A stretch of DNA of 64,000 nucleotides from Epiperipatus broadwayi (taxonomy: Eukaryota > Animalia > Onychophora), in the NCBI GenBank assembly GCA_028023455.1, contig JAQFVV010000005.1, positions 7,812,001 to 7,876,000 of the forward strand, read 5' to 3'. Position 1 is the first letter of the stretch. The number at the start of each line of letters is the position of its first letter. This document shows, piece by piece, positions 24,278 to 36,739 of the stretch. The notes below the pieces were generated by a model. That model ran no database searches. It saw only the letters and a program-made list of their open reading frames with translations, and was not told the DNA's origin. The position numbers were made by a program, and so were the translations under genes.

Positions 24278-24599
24278 CTTTATGGCTTATTTAAACTAAT
24301 ATTAAGACCTGTGCAGCCTGTAACTGTCCCTATGTTCACATGGGGACTCTATAGTAGTAAAATTCACCAGAAAAATCCTCGTTCCAAACCACGCTCTTCT
24401 ATCCATTCCAAATCTTCTGTGGTGACAGTCTAATCTTTTCCCTTATGTTTCTGCTTTTTTGTTATACATTCTTTTTTCTTTAGTGGAAATTATGTAACAA
24501 TATATAAATAAAGAGAAAACTTTAAAATATTTTATTTCCATAAAATACGTACACACATCTATATATATTCATAAACACAATTACTTCTCCCACTTCAGA

Positions 24600-25200
24600 A
24601 ATAACCACTTTCTAAAGTAACATAATGTCTCAGGTAGAAGAGAGTTATTTGACCTATTTGTATCTCTTTTAACAGAATAGTATTTCCATTGTTATCTTCT
24701 TCAATCACCAAGTCATTCATTTGCTCATTATTTATCTGCTCATTATTTCCATTTGGGTTGCTTAATAATGGCTCGTACAATTGCAGTGTTAATACAAATC
24801 ACCTGTGAACATGATTGGTGTGTCATCTTAGGACTACCATTTTCTAAATGTTCTACCACCTGCATAAATGGGCATTTAAATGTTTTACCTTTCAGCCAAT
24901 ATTTTTTAAGCTGGCTCTCTTATCCAAATCTTGTCACCTTTACATAATTTGAAATATTCACTTCTGTTGTGTTATCTTGTTCCTTTGGTATTTGCAGATA
25001 GTCCATTTTTTAATTTTAGGCCGCCAAACAGCAATTCAGCTGGAGATTAACCAGTTAGTTAATTATGAGAAATCAATCCTAATACTTTGATACACAAATG
25101 TGCTCATCTAAGAAAATCTGCAAAGAGATTGAATTATAACTGCTAACCAACTACAAGAATTGGGACTCAAATTCAATTTTAGATCATCTAAGCAAAAGTT
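24600..25200 (-). mobile_element. Ty3/Gypsy integrase 3' remnant
   Basis: G*SPAELLFG (~25020-25050) followed by KYWLKG...CPFMQVVEHLENGS and LQLYEP, frame-broken. Confidence 0.4.
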
Positions 25201-27778
25201 GATATACTGAAGATATTGTTGAACTGGCATATAATTGTAATGTATATTTCAAATAATTTATCTCATTTTGTAAGTTTGCACCAATATCAGAAATCCATGA
25301 AGAAATTTTATTTTATTTTGGATGTAAATTAATTATTCTTCTTTACTTGTAAAATATCATTTCTTAAGAAAATTTTATTTCACTTTGTTTTTTATTTGTG
25401 TGTGTATATATATATAATTCGTGTATATATAATGTTTGGGTGTCATTAATTTATTATAATTCAAATCCAGTTTTCTTTAGTTCATTTGAGTTTTTAAATG
25501 AATGAAATTCTCTGTTTGAATTATCCAAATCTAAATGTAGAGTTTAATAGATTTCAAATCATTGCAGTCATGAAATTGCAGAACGTACAGAGTTTGAAAG
25601 ACCGTGTTTCTTATGAAAAATATTAAGAATATATATTGTTACCATTTATTTTCCATAGAAAATAAATACAAGTTCAATCTAATATCTGAAAAAAAATTTT
25701 TTATTATAATTCTGAAAGGTTAGTTGGTATTATCTTTGTCAACTTAATCGATTGACTTGATCACTCTATTTTATATATTTAAAGTCATATAGTTGCATTT
25801 TTATTTATTTAAGTATATGTCAATACCAAGATTGATATCTTTCAACCACTAACATTGAGAAGTTAAGCCTAACTTTTATAAATTTATCTGTCAAAAAGTT
25901 GTTTTTTTCTTTCATCTCTTGGTGCTGAATTTTGTTAACCTTATTTGCTTAGATAAAATTTTCAAGCCATTTATTTTTTTAAATATCACTTTCTCCTACT
26001 ATAAAACTTTTACAATGAAACTATAAAATTTTCTTTGTAGTTGACAATAATTTAGAATATGAGTATGGACTTTTCTACGTATTAACAATTTGCTGGCATC
26101 TTTTCAATAATTGTACATGGTGGAGTAAAGTGCTTTAAAAACCCTGCATCAACTAATGCTTCCATAACATCTTTATGGCAGTTTTTATTTGTTGAACTGT
26201 TATCTTAGCAAGACCATTATAATCTAACATATTCCCTTATCTATTAGAAAATTATTAAATTGTTGGCTCCACAGTTTGCTGCCTCTCCTTCTCAACAAAA
26301 TTTTTGTTAGCACTTGTTGATTTAAATACTAATATTATCTACATCTGGTGCCCCACTTTCACTATGCCACAAATGATTTATATGTTTATTAAACTTTTGT
26401 TTTGTTAATCTTATTTGCCTAGATAAGATTTTCAATATTTCTCTTGGTAGCCATTTATTTTTTAAAGTATCATGTATCCAACGCTTTCTCCTACTGTAAA
26501 AATTTACACTGCATGGAGTCATTAAAATTTTAATTTGTAGTTGACACAAATTTAGAAAGATGAGTATGGAATTTTCTGCACATTAACAATTTGCTGGCAT
26601 TTTTTCAGCAACTGTACATGGAGTAAAATGCTTGAAAAACATTGCATCAACTAATGCCATAATATCCTCATAGCAGTTTTTATTTAATGTAGATTTTAAT
26701 TGTTGAGTTGTTATCTCAGCAAGACTATTCGATTTGGGATGATATTGCAGTGTAAGTATCTAGCATATTTTCTTCTGTTAGAAAATCATTAAATTGCTGA
26801 CATTCAAAACCAGTCCCATTATCTGTCACAGTAGTCTTGAGATAACCATGACTTGCACAGATCTATTTCACCACTCTAATGGTGCTCTCTGATCTAGTGC
26901 TTTTGATGATTTTATATTCCATCCACTGTGACTATGAATCCACAACTATTAAGAATATATAATCATTTATTAGTTCTGCATGGTCTAGATCAAGTTGCTT
27001 CCAAGTTTGAATGGGTTTAAGTCAAGATTGTAACCTTTTTGATAGTAGCTTTTATGGATTGTCATTATATACATTTCTTCACCATTTGTTCAATTTCTTG
27101 GCTCAGCTTTGGTTACCAAATATGATGTAACCACAGCTTTAGTATGGATGTCTCCTGGATGCCCATGGTGAAGTAAAATGAATACCTGTTTATGGCTTTC
27201 TGTAGGGGTGATAATGGGGTCAATTATCAATATGCAACAATAGTAAGTTGATAAACTCTCTCACACATTTCAGATATCCTTTACAATTTTGTTGTGACAT
27301 CCCTTGCATATCCAAGGCCTTTTTGTACAATGAACTATTGTTGAAATTTGCATCATACAGATATAATAAGACATCTACATAGCTAATTTGCCTACCAAAC
27401 TTATATAACAGTTCACAATCATAAAATGCTAGCATAATTATCCAGCATATCATCCATTAGCTTATACGTTCTAGAATTTTTTTTATCATTGCCAAATATT
27501 CCCTATAGTAAATGATGATCAGTAGAAATTTGAAATTTTCTACCATAAATGTACAGTGAAGATTGTAGCTAAATCTTCCTTGTCAATCTGATTATAATTT
27601 TTCTCTATTGCTAGCAATGTTCTAAAGGCATAAGCTATAGGATGTTTCCATAACCATAGTAAGAAATTATAACACCAATGCCATATTCTGATGTGTCTAT
27701 TATAATTATTTCATCCAGATTACTACACTACTGTATGAGAAGTTAATTTCATATAAATATTCCATTAACTTTCTGGAA

Positions 27779-28153
27779 TAAAACCATCAAAACATCACAT
27801 AATCACCATTTCATATGCTTACACATGCTGTTAATAAGGGTACCAAACTCCTCATACAGTAATGCCACCAAGTGCATCCCTTCATAATCAATGGATGCAA
27901 GAAGGTTTGTGCATAAAATCACTATCTAGTGTCTACTCATCCAACATCCCCAGACAAGTTCCTTGATCTAGGTGCAGTGCTCTCAAATCTAAGGCTTCTC
28001 ATTGATAAAAGCCACAAGATAGAAACTAGTCTAGGGATGTTGAATGAGTAGGCATTAAATAGTGATTTTATGCAAAAAACTTTTTTGCATCCATTGATTA
28101 TGAAGATTTGCACTTGGTGGCATTACTATATGGAGGGTTTGATATCTTTATTA
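27779..28153. mobile_element. Older family A fold-back insertion with 13-bp TSD, nested between Gypsy RT and RNase H
   Basis: TAACTTTCTGGAA flanks it at 27766-27778 and 28154-28166. Inverted arms about 27835-27950 / 28030-28150. Degenerate hammerhead CTTCTCA-TTGATAA-aagccacaagata-GAAA-CTAGTC (27995-28031). Confidence 0.85.
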
Positions 28154-28239
28154 TAACTTTCTGGAAGGTTACTTTCTATATTTCAGACTACTTCCATCAT
28201 TGACACTTTTTTAATAATTTATATAAAGGTGATAAAGCG

Positions 28240-28306
28240 TTATATAACATTTGTATTACAAGCTTGTTTAAATTAGGTCATGTGGCATCTGACTTGATTT
28301 TTTTTT
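28240..28306 (+). repeat. Family B tail fragment
   Basis: ttatataacatttgtattacaagcttgtttaaattaggtcatgtggcatctgacttgattttttt matches about 5410-5473. Confidence 0.65.
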
Positions 28307-31300
28307 GTAAGATGATAAAACATAAGACTTTCTTTTAAGATACAGAAAAGTTCAATAGTACTAAAAACGTCTAAAAATCTTTTACATTTTTAGATTGTTT
28401 TGCATTTTTTATTGCTTTTACCTTATTTGGATTAGAATATTTTCCATTTGTATTAACTACGTAGCTAAAAAACTTTTATCCTCACTGTTGAGAATATCTT
28501 TTAGCAGTATTTAACTTTACTTTTATTTTCTACAATTTGGAACAGACTTTATCTTTGTGTATTGCCAATTCATTCTCAGATTCAGCAGTAATAAATATAT
28601 CATCTAAATATGGGATGACACTTTTCATGTCATGAAGTAAAATTATTTATACCATATGGTAACTTATTGCATTTGTAAAGTGCCAATTAAATACCATGAG
28701 TTAATAATTCCATTATTCTAGCAATGGTAGAGATTTGGTGGAAAGTGGACTTTAAATCTATTTTTGCAAAAAAAAACACCTTTTCCAATGATTATGGTAA
28801 TTCATGAACCTATTGATTAACTTATTTAGTCCAATATAGTAGTCTTCATATAAGTGAAGATTTCCATTTGACTTCATTTTTTATCCTTTTTTTTTTATTT
28901 TTCCTCTCCCAGATTTATAATCCCATTTTATTTCTTTTTTAACATTCCTGTCTTTATTATTGCAGGCATGTGCTAAATGTCTTGTTATTTTACAGATATT
29001 TCATTTTTCTACAATTTTTCTTAAAGTGGCCATTTTTTCTGCCTCAGTATCATGTCAAAGTATTTTTTGTACTTCTGCACTCTGTCTATGCATATCTATT
29101 TTCCTCACTATAATTGAGTATTTATGTATTTGTTTAAAGAGTAGAAATTCTTAAACATCATCTGATATAGTTTCTTGTGTGATGCATTTTTATTGTGCAG
29201 TTATAATTAAGATCCAGTTCACTTAAAAATACTTTTCTAAAGTCATCATCTATCATTTCATATAATAATGTCTATTAACCTGTCATTTAATTGTAGACTC
29301 TAATCACAATCCTTTGCTAATGTCCTTAATGCTATAATATAATCCTGATATTTTTTACAAGGTAATTGCTTTCTATTCCTCAATCTTAGTTGTGTTACTC
29401 ATTTTATTATGGTGAATGTGTAATAAATATTTAATTTTTCCTTCAATTCCTGATAAGGAGCCTCTTCAGAAATTCTAAGGTTTCAGAGATGATTTGACAG
29501 TTGCAATACATCTTTTCTGGTGAACCACATAAGCATAGACACTTGCATTTTTCATATTTTATTTTATTTATTAACATATCTTTCAACAGGGACCACATAA
29601 CTTCCAATCCATGGAATTATCCATATGTGTTGCTGTTTAATGATACCATTTTTTTTTTATTTATTGGCTATTTTCATGTAGACTTTTTTCAATCCTGTAG
29701 AAATTTATTTTAATACTATTTTGCTATTATTCACTGGATTTTTTTCAATTATTGGATGTGCCATTCTGCAATGTCCTGAGGGTTTTACTATATCAATACT
29801 GGTCAGAAGAGCATCAGTAACTTTAAACAAACTTGAACACAAGTTTTAGCAACAAAACAAATTTGTTCATTATCAAATAACAAAATAGGGAAGAAATATA
29901 GAATAAATAACAATTAGAAATTTCATTATAAAATTCTAAAGTTTATATATAAGCTTGGACTTGTGCATCTACACATACACAGTACATAATTATAATCCAT
30001 TACTTTGTGTATGAAATGAAGACAGTTTTCACACCATTTCTGATATTTATTCTGTATATTACTAATGATAATCCTAAATTTGGAAATTCTCATATAAACA
30101 GTATGCAGACAATCCATTGCTATTTAGTATGTGAATTATACTTACAATTATTATGCCACACATATGCATACAAATAGTTCTTAGCATGTTTTTTTTTTTT
30201 ATATGACTCCATTGTTTGCATTATTATTTACCATTAGCATAATTGACTTTTAATATATGTTTAAATGTATGATTGGCATTTCTAGAGTAGTAATAATGCA
30301 TATATTTGCATGATTAATAATAAACTTTATTTACATTTGCTTATACCCAATACATGTGCAGATGGTTCATATACAATAAACAAATAAAAATTCAAAAATT
30401 AAATATACAATTTTGAATAATCATAGTCCTTTGAAATAGTTTATTTGAATACTTTAGTCTAGCTCCATTCAATAGTTAGTCTTCTTTTTTAATATTTAAT
30501 TGTTATAATAATTTGCACAATAAAATAAAAATATCCTATGAAACTAATAGCAAAAAAATTTTTTAATTTATATAAAGCTAGTTATATATTACTCACTTTT
30601 CTGCAATCCATCACATGGAGAATTATAACATGTATGTAAAATGTTATAGAGGATAATACACTGACACTTTTTATTAGACATATCAAAGTAACATCAACCA
30701 TAGTAAGTAATTAATACATATTTGTTAAGAAATACTACTATGACCAGAATATTTATTTGCTATAAAATAACTTTTTTGAGAGATATAACCCTGATTATTA
30801 GTTACTATCTATACCTGCCTTTGGTCAAACCCAACATTTTTATTGACGAGTATTTTTTAAACATCAAATTAATAATGATGTAAGGTTATAAACATCTTCA
30901 ATTTTTCAAATATAGTTTTAGGATGTCAAAAGCTCATTAAATTTACATGATGTTAGAAAGGGTTTGATTGAATTATGGATTTGAAAGAAAGAGCAATGTT
31001 GAATGATTATTGTATTATATTAACAGAAATAGTAAAAAAAAAATAGACAAATATTAATGCTAATAGAAAATAATAATATTAAGCGGCTTAATGCATGGTA
31101 GAACAATAGAATCAAGATTTAAATTAATCCTCTTCTGATTAAAGTAAAAAAGGATGTTTAATTAACTGAATATACTAACACTCAATAATCTTTATAATCA
31201 AAATCTGAGAAATGGGGAGTTGGAAGATAATGTAATTCATTAGATTGATTAAAAAGTATATAATTGAATAAAGCAATAAATATATTTAAGAAAGCAATTG

Positions 31301-31414
31301 GATTAAATGTTATAGCAGATAAAATATTAGGTGATATGAAAACATATGCAATAATAAAGATTTAATAAAATTATAGGCAATAATTTTTCAGATGATTTAT
31401 ATAAATGAAATGAA

Positions 31415-31612
31415 AACAGTAGCAAACTCTCCATATAGTACTGCCATCCAGTACAAGTTATAATAATGGGTGCAAAAAAGTTTGTATATGAAATCCATAC
31501 CTAGTGCCTATTCTTTTAATATCCCCAGACTAGTTTCTATCCTGTGGCTTTCATCAGTGAGAAGTCTTGGATCTGCACCTAGATTTTATATCTAATGCCA
31601 ACCTCCAGCTGT
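31415..31612 (-). mobile_element. Older family A copy; hammerhead core intact, stem II mispaired (31522-31563)
   Basis: Minus strand TTCTCA-CTGATGA-aagccacaggata-GAAA-CTAGTC-TGGGGA. Same stem II variant as the 28.0-kb copy. Confidence 0.75.
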
Positions 31613-31836
31613 TGAGATAAATTTTATATTCATGCAAAATAAATTATAGTAAAGCACAAATATAATAATTTAAACCATTAACCATCACATGATCACTATC
31701 TTATACTAGCACATAATTGTTTATAAACAAAGCAAAACTCTCCATACAGTATTGCCACCCTGTGCCAACCAGAGTAATCAATCAATGCCAGAAGGCTTGT
31801 GCATAAAATCCCTATCTAATGCCTCCTCATCCAATA

Positions 31837-31878
31837 TCCCCAGACTAGTTTCTGGCTTGTGGCCATCATCAGTGAGGA
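31837..31878 (-). ncRNA. Minimal type I hammerhead ribozyme, family A, intact core
   Basis: Minus strand TCCTCA-CTGATGA-TGGC cacaa GCCA-GAAA-CTAG-TC-TGGGGA; predicted cleavage between 31843 and 31842. Confidence 0.85.
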
Positions 31879-32147
31879 GCTTTGGATCTGAGAGCACTGC
31901 ACCTAGATCTTAGGATCTAATGCAACTCTCTAACACCCACCTTTCATCTCTACTTAACTACAAAACTATGAGAATGAAATTGAAAACACAAAAATATGAC
32001 TATATTAGCTATTGAGCTTAGATTGAAAATATTTTTGTGTTTTCAATTTCATTCTCATAGTTTTGTAGTTAAGTAGAGATAAAATGTGGGTGCTGGAGGG
32101 TTGCATTATATCCTAAGATCTAAGTGCAGTGCTCTCAGATCCAAAGC

Positions 32148-32189
32148 TCCTCACTGATGATGGCCACAAGCCAGAAACTAGTCTGGGGA
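32148..32189 (+). ncRNA. Minimal type I hammerhead ribozyme, family A, intact core
   Basis: TCCTCA(32148-53) CTGATGA(32154-60) TGGC-cacaa-GCCA GAAA(32174-77) CTAG TC| TGGGGA. Stem I 6 bp, stem II 4 bp, palindromic ACUAGU stem III, GUC site after 32183. Confidence 0.85.
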
Positions 32190-32602
32190 TATTGGATGAG
32201 TAGGCATTAGATAGGGATTTTATGCACAAACCTTCTAGCATTTCATTGATTACTCTGGTTGGCACAGGGTGGCAATACTGTATGGAGAGTTTTGCTTTGT
32301 TTATAAACAATTATGTTCTAGTATAAGATAGTGATCATGTGATGCTTAATGGTTTAACACCAATCCTGCCTAATAGGATAGTGGTGGCTATGGTTGTTAA
32401 AGAGCCAAAGACACCAAAATGTATGGATGCTGAACTGAGTTCAGACCCATATGACTATATAAGCTATTGAGCTTAGATTGAAAATATTTTTGTGTTTTCA
32501 ATTTCATTCTCATAGTTTTGTAGTTAAGTAGAGATAAAAGATGTGTGCTGGAGGGTTGCATTAGATCCTAAGATCTTGGTGCAGTGCTCTCAGATCCAAA
32601 GC

Positions 32603-32644
32603 TCCTCATTGACGATGGCCACAAGCCAGAAACTAGTCTGGGGA
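32603..32644 (+). ncRNA. Family A hammerhead, variant core (UUGACGA; C3U)
   Basis: Identical to 32148-32189 except the core reads TTGACGA (32609-32615); GUC site after 32638. Confidence 0.65.
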
Positions 32645-34134
32645 TATTGGATGAGTAGGCATTAGATAGGGATTTTATGCACAAGCCTTCTGGCATTCAT
32701 TGATTACTCTGGTTGGCACAGAATACTGTATGGAGAGTTTTGCTTTGTTTATAATAATTAACCATGGATTTTGTATTAGTTTTTAAGCTTGCAGATATTT
32801 ATTAAGTCCATACAGTCCATTATTTTTACTCTAACATAATTAACTTTAGAATCTTTTCTTTTAACCAGGCAGTATTTTTTTTTATATGTTTATTATAGAG
32901 TATTTAGTTTTTTTTTTGATACATTTGTCCCAGGATTTTTTTTTTAAATATGCAGTATTATCTTCCTTGTAATACATTGGCCAACAGCAGAACACATTAC
33001 TCACTTGATTATCTTGATGGATTTTATTTGCACATTCATGGTTAGATTTACAAGTTACTGGCAATGATTATAATTATTGTTTGTAATTAATAATATGCTG
33101 ATGCATTGCGGTGAAACTTTTCTATGTAATAATTTATGTAGGCTTAGCGCTTTCAGAATTTTGTTACTCCATAATCATATATGTATACTTGTAAACTATT
33201 TATAAAAACATTTAATAAATGTATTTCTATTTTTTTCAAAAAAAATAAAATATGTGAAATAATACAAATAAGATTTAAACCAGTTTTCATGTGTTGAATG
33301 ATATTTTGATTTGATATAACTAATGAAGAGGATTTCCCAAACCCAATCTTATGAATCCTATGTGAGAGGTATTTAAATGCTGTATAATGTGAAATTAATA
33401 TTATCAAAATAATAAATGTATCTTAAAAGACAATAGAAAAGATTTTTTCCAAACCTGTACTACTGCAACTAGTAATGAGTTTATAAGGAGATAGATAAAA
33501 TATAATATTAAATAGTATCACTAATGTTTTACTACTGTGATAAGGGATGACTCACTATGTCCTATTTTTGGATAAAAAATGAAATGATTGAGTTTTAACC
33601 ATTTTTATAATTTATAAAATTGAAATACTGTTCTTTAAAAAATATCAGGATGGAATTTTAAAAAAGTTTGAAAATTGCAGAAAACTGATTCATTAAATTT
33701 ATTTAGTAACATAAAGATATCATGCTAACTAATGTGTTATATATGTACAAATTACCTTGTATATTGTAAATGCTAATTGTTTGCTATCATTGCAGAAGTT
33801 TATTTACCCTTAAATTGTCATTTCTTTCATTGCAAAAGAATCTAAAATATATGTTATAAAATATATGTTATAAATAAATTTCTCCATGTGTCATACATCT
33901 GGCTAATAACAATAGAACATATAGAGGTGCATATTTTTAACATGTATATTGTAGTTGTATCTAAACATGCATTATTAAAAGATATATACTTTCAAGTATC
34001 TAAAGTAACTTTTTACAAACACTTGAATTGTTTATCAATTTAAGAAAAATATAAACCATGGGATTCTTTACTTAGGAATAGGATAGTTTACCCTACGTAT
34101 GAAACTTACATGATAATTAAATTGTTTAGTCAAG

Positions 34135-34215
34135 CGTTGGTGATCGAGAGGTCAGAGCAGCAGCCTTACAAGTAGTTATCCCGGGTTAGTGGATCCGCTT
34201 CCTGGCAGGTGCTAT
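34135..34215 (+). repeat. tRNA-like (SINE-head-like) GC-rich stretch
   Basis: gcgttggtgatcgagaggtcagagc...cccgggttagtggatccgcttcctggcagg has a plausible A box and a degenerate B box; no clean cloverleaf. Confidence 0.3.
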
Positions 34216-34616
34216 GACATGAGGAAAAAAAAATTAAATTGTTTTCCTCTTTTTATTGTTGTTTTACAAACCTTCATTTCATTTTTGGAATTAGTTTATT
34301 GTAATTAAGAATATCTTCTAAAAAGTCATGTTTGTTTGAAAATTCTTCAACTATTTGAAAAATTAGTAGCCATTTTAGATTTGAGTTTATGATTACTGAA
34401 TTGCTTTTTGTAGACATTTACATTGAAAGAAAATGTGTTCTAGTTTTCTGAATATCTCCAATTAAAAATATTTCAAAAATAATATAAATATAAAAAGCCT
34501 TGTATAGTTTAACTGAGATGTGCACACACACATATATATATATAGTATTTGCATATATGATCAATATTCTTAACAATGGTCAAACCTAAATTTATCCATA
34601 ATGTTGTTTTTAAATA

Positions 34617-34863
34617 ATTAATAATAATTCCAACACAACTGAAATAAAACAATTCTATAAAAATAAATATTTTCTTTATTATTGAACCAGTTTTCAACGT
34701 ATATTAGGGCCTTTTCAAAATACACTTTTCTAGAAAATCACGTGACTGTATTAAAAAGTGTATTCTGAAAAGGCCCAATATACAGTAAAAACTGCTTCAA
34801 TAATAAAGTAACTTTATTTTTATATAGTTGTTTTATTTCAATTGTGTTGGAATCATTATTAAT
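34617..34863. repeat. Fold-back/MITE-like hairpin, ~113-bp arms
   Basis: 34617-34729 and 34754-34863 are reverse complements (about 85%). The 24-nt loop contains TCACGTGA at 34738-34745. Confidence 0.8.
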
Positions 34864-35729
34864 GATCAATATTAATGTGGGGTACAAAGACATAAAAATG
34901 AGGATTGTATTAGTGATTAATTCACATGATATGATTATATATGTATAGATGTAATATTTTTGCTAATAAGTTGAAAATAATATTACACATACCTTTCTTT
35001 CTCATACCTTTCTTTCTCATACATTACAGTGAACATCTGACAGATCATGATTTGTTCATTATGTATTTTGTATTGATATAATGATTATTTTACAGGCTTA
35101 ATTATTTATGCATGCTCATAAAGAGTAGAGCAAGTTATTAAATATACTCACAGTTGTTGTGATATACTGATGACAACAATTTAAAACATATCCAATTGTT
35201 CATTATTTTAGTGATGTGAATTTATGTGGATTCATTTTCTTGCACACATCTTTATTTCTTTGTGGTGAAGTAACTGAATAAACTGGGTAGTGAATTATAT
35301 TATTATTGTTAATTTAAAATTAGTATATTGTTATGCATAACACATATGCTGTTGTAAGTTGTTTATTTGCATGTTTCACAGCTTTTTACATTTAATTACT
35401 GTCTAAAAATTTGAATGTATATAAAATGATAAATAATGCATATTCATGTCCTGGAAAAAAATTCAGAAATAAATTATTATAGATGATTAAAAACTAATAA
35501 TAAATATTCTCATGTTATATAAGTTAGCCTCATCCTCGATAATAAAATGCAGATAGATGTTAAATGTGAAATTATTAGATTAGGGTAGAGGAAAGTTACT
35601 TTATCTTAAAAATGATTGTCTTTATATATGAAATTTAGAATCAATGTTTTGCATTATTAAAAATTCATTTTTAGTTTTTGTTAGTTTGTTTTATGTAACT
35701 AGGTCATGTTGGTTTGTGATGCACTGTGA

Positions 35730-36130
35730 AACTTCTCCTTTCTCAGAAACAGGAATTTCACAGCTGCTATGCTCAGAAAAACCTGTTAGCCACCTTACCT
35801 TCTCTTTCCATTCCCACCCTGTTTTTCCCATATTCTTCTTTATCCTGCTCCATACCATTTCCATAACCTAATCTTTGTTAACTCTATGGCCTTTATACCT
35901 AAATCCTCCTATCTTTTCCCAAACACAGCATAAAAACCAAAAATTCACTTTCTGTATAATCACTTTGCTTATATTTATTCTTCCACAAACGGATGGATGT
36001 CTAATATTTTCTATGCCTTCCTTACATAACTTGCAGACTAAATCACTCATATTTTTCTATTTATGTGTAGATTGCCTTGTTGTTAATGATCTCATTCAAG
36101 CCTTAAACAGTAAACTACTTTCTTTGCTAT
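35730..36130 (-). mobile_element. 3'-end fragment of the 5.6-8.5 kb LINE family
   Basis: The reverse complement matches 8100-8480, including VCKLCKEGIENIRH (CCHC knuckle) and the purine-rich 3' tail. Confidence 0.8.
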
Positions 36131-36739
36131 TATTATAAATTAACTCGTACCCAATGTTCTGTTTATACTAACCCAGAAATGTCACCTGGTAGGTATGTGT
36201 GTATATAAATTGAATTGGATAAGGTCATCCATTTAATGATCAACTATGTAATCATACTCATGGTGGTGAGCTAGAATGAATGTCATGAGAATAGCTTTAA
36301 AAAAAAAATTTAAAGAAAGTTGTATAATAAAATAAAGATATCTTAGAATAAATCATTAAAAATAAGAATAACAATTGAAAATTTATAAGAGATTACTAAA
36401 AATAATATTTTAAAATAAATACAAAGACAAACTAAATAATAATATAGGTTAAAATAGTATAGCTAGTTTTTCTTATTAAACATTAAAATTTAGAATTAGA
36501 AAAATATAATTAAGAGTGCATGTTTTAATTCATGTTTGCATAAGTTATTTATTACAAAAACAACATAATTTAGGTACATTAATATTAAAGTAAATAGATT
36601 TTGAAAGTTTAATTAATTGAAAAGGGGAAATCCACATTTTGGCTTAAAGAAAAAAAGAAAAAAAAGAAAATAAGGTAATTAAAATTGGTTTTAATTTAAA
36701 AGTTGTAAAGAGTAAAAATTCCTATCAATTAAATAATTA

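Larger units (their letters stand above)
25830..29800 (-). mobile_element. Decayed Ty3/Gypsy LTR retrotransposon internal region (K02A2.6/Mag-like gag-pol)
   Basis: Gag: ALAKDCD...LNDRL and two CCHC remnants (GHFKKNC, RHLAHAC). RT: VIPYLDDIFI (YLDD at 28599-28610) and NPNKVKAIKNA. RNase H: PIAYAFRTL...KNYNQIDKE and TDHHLL. Integrase: LHHGHPG, FLIVVDS*SQWME, TVTDNGTGF, HPKSNSLAE. No LTRs recognised. Confidence 0.85.
31671..32749. mobile_element. Young family A element: inverted copy + two tandem copies (455-nt period), retrozyme/Penelope pLTR-like
   Basis: Arms 31670-31997 and 32029-32357 are reverse complements (about 95% identical by eye, 31-nt spacer). 32449-32749 repeats 31994 onward. TATAATAATT flanks it at 31661-31670 and 32750-32759. 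Confidence 0.9.

Noticed and set aside
26322-26549. ORF with RRKRWIHDTLKN resembling a Harbinger transposase N-terminus
   Set aside because: The adjacent frames continue the Gypsy integrase (HPKSNSLAE, LLMCRKFHTHL, FTVGESV, KWLPREILK), so it is the integrase tail.
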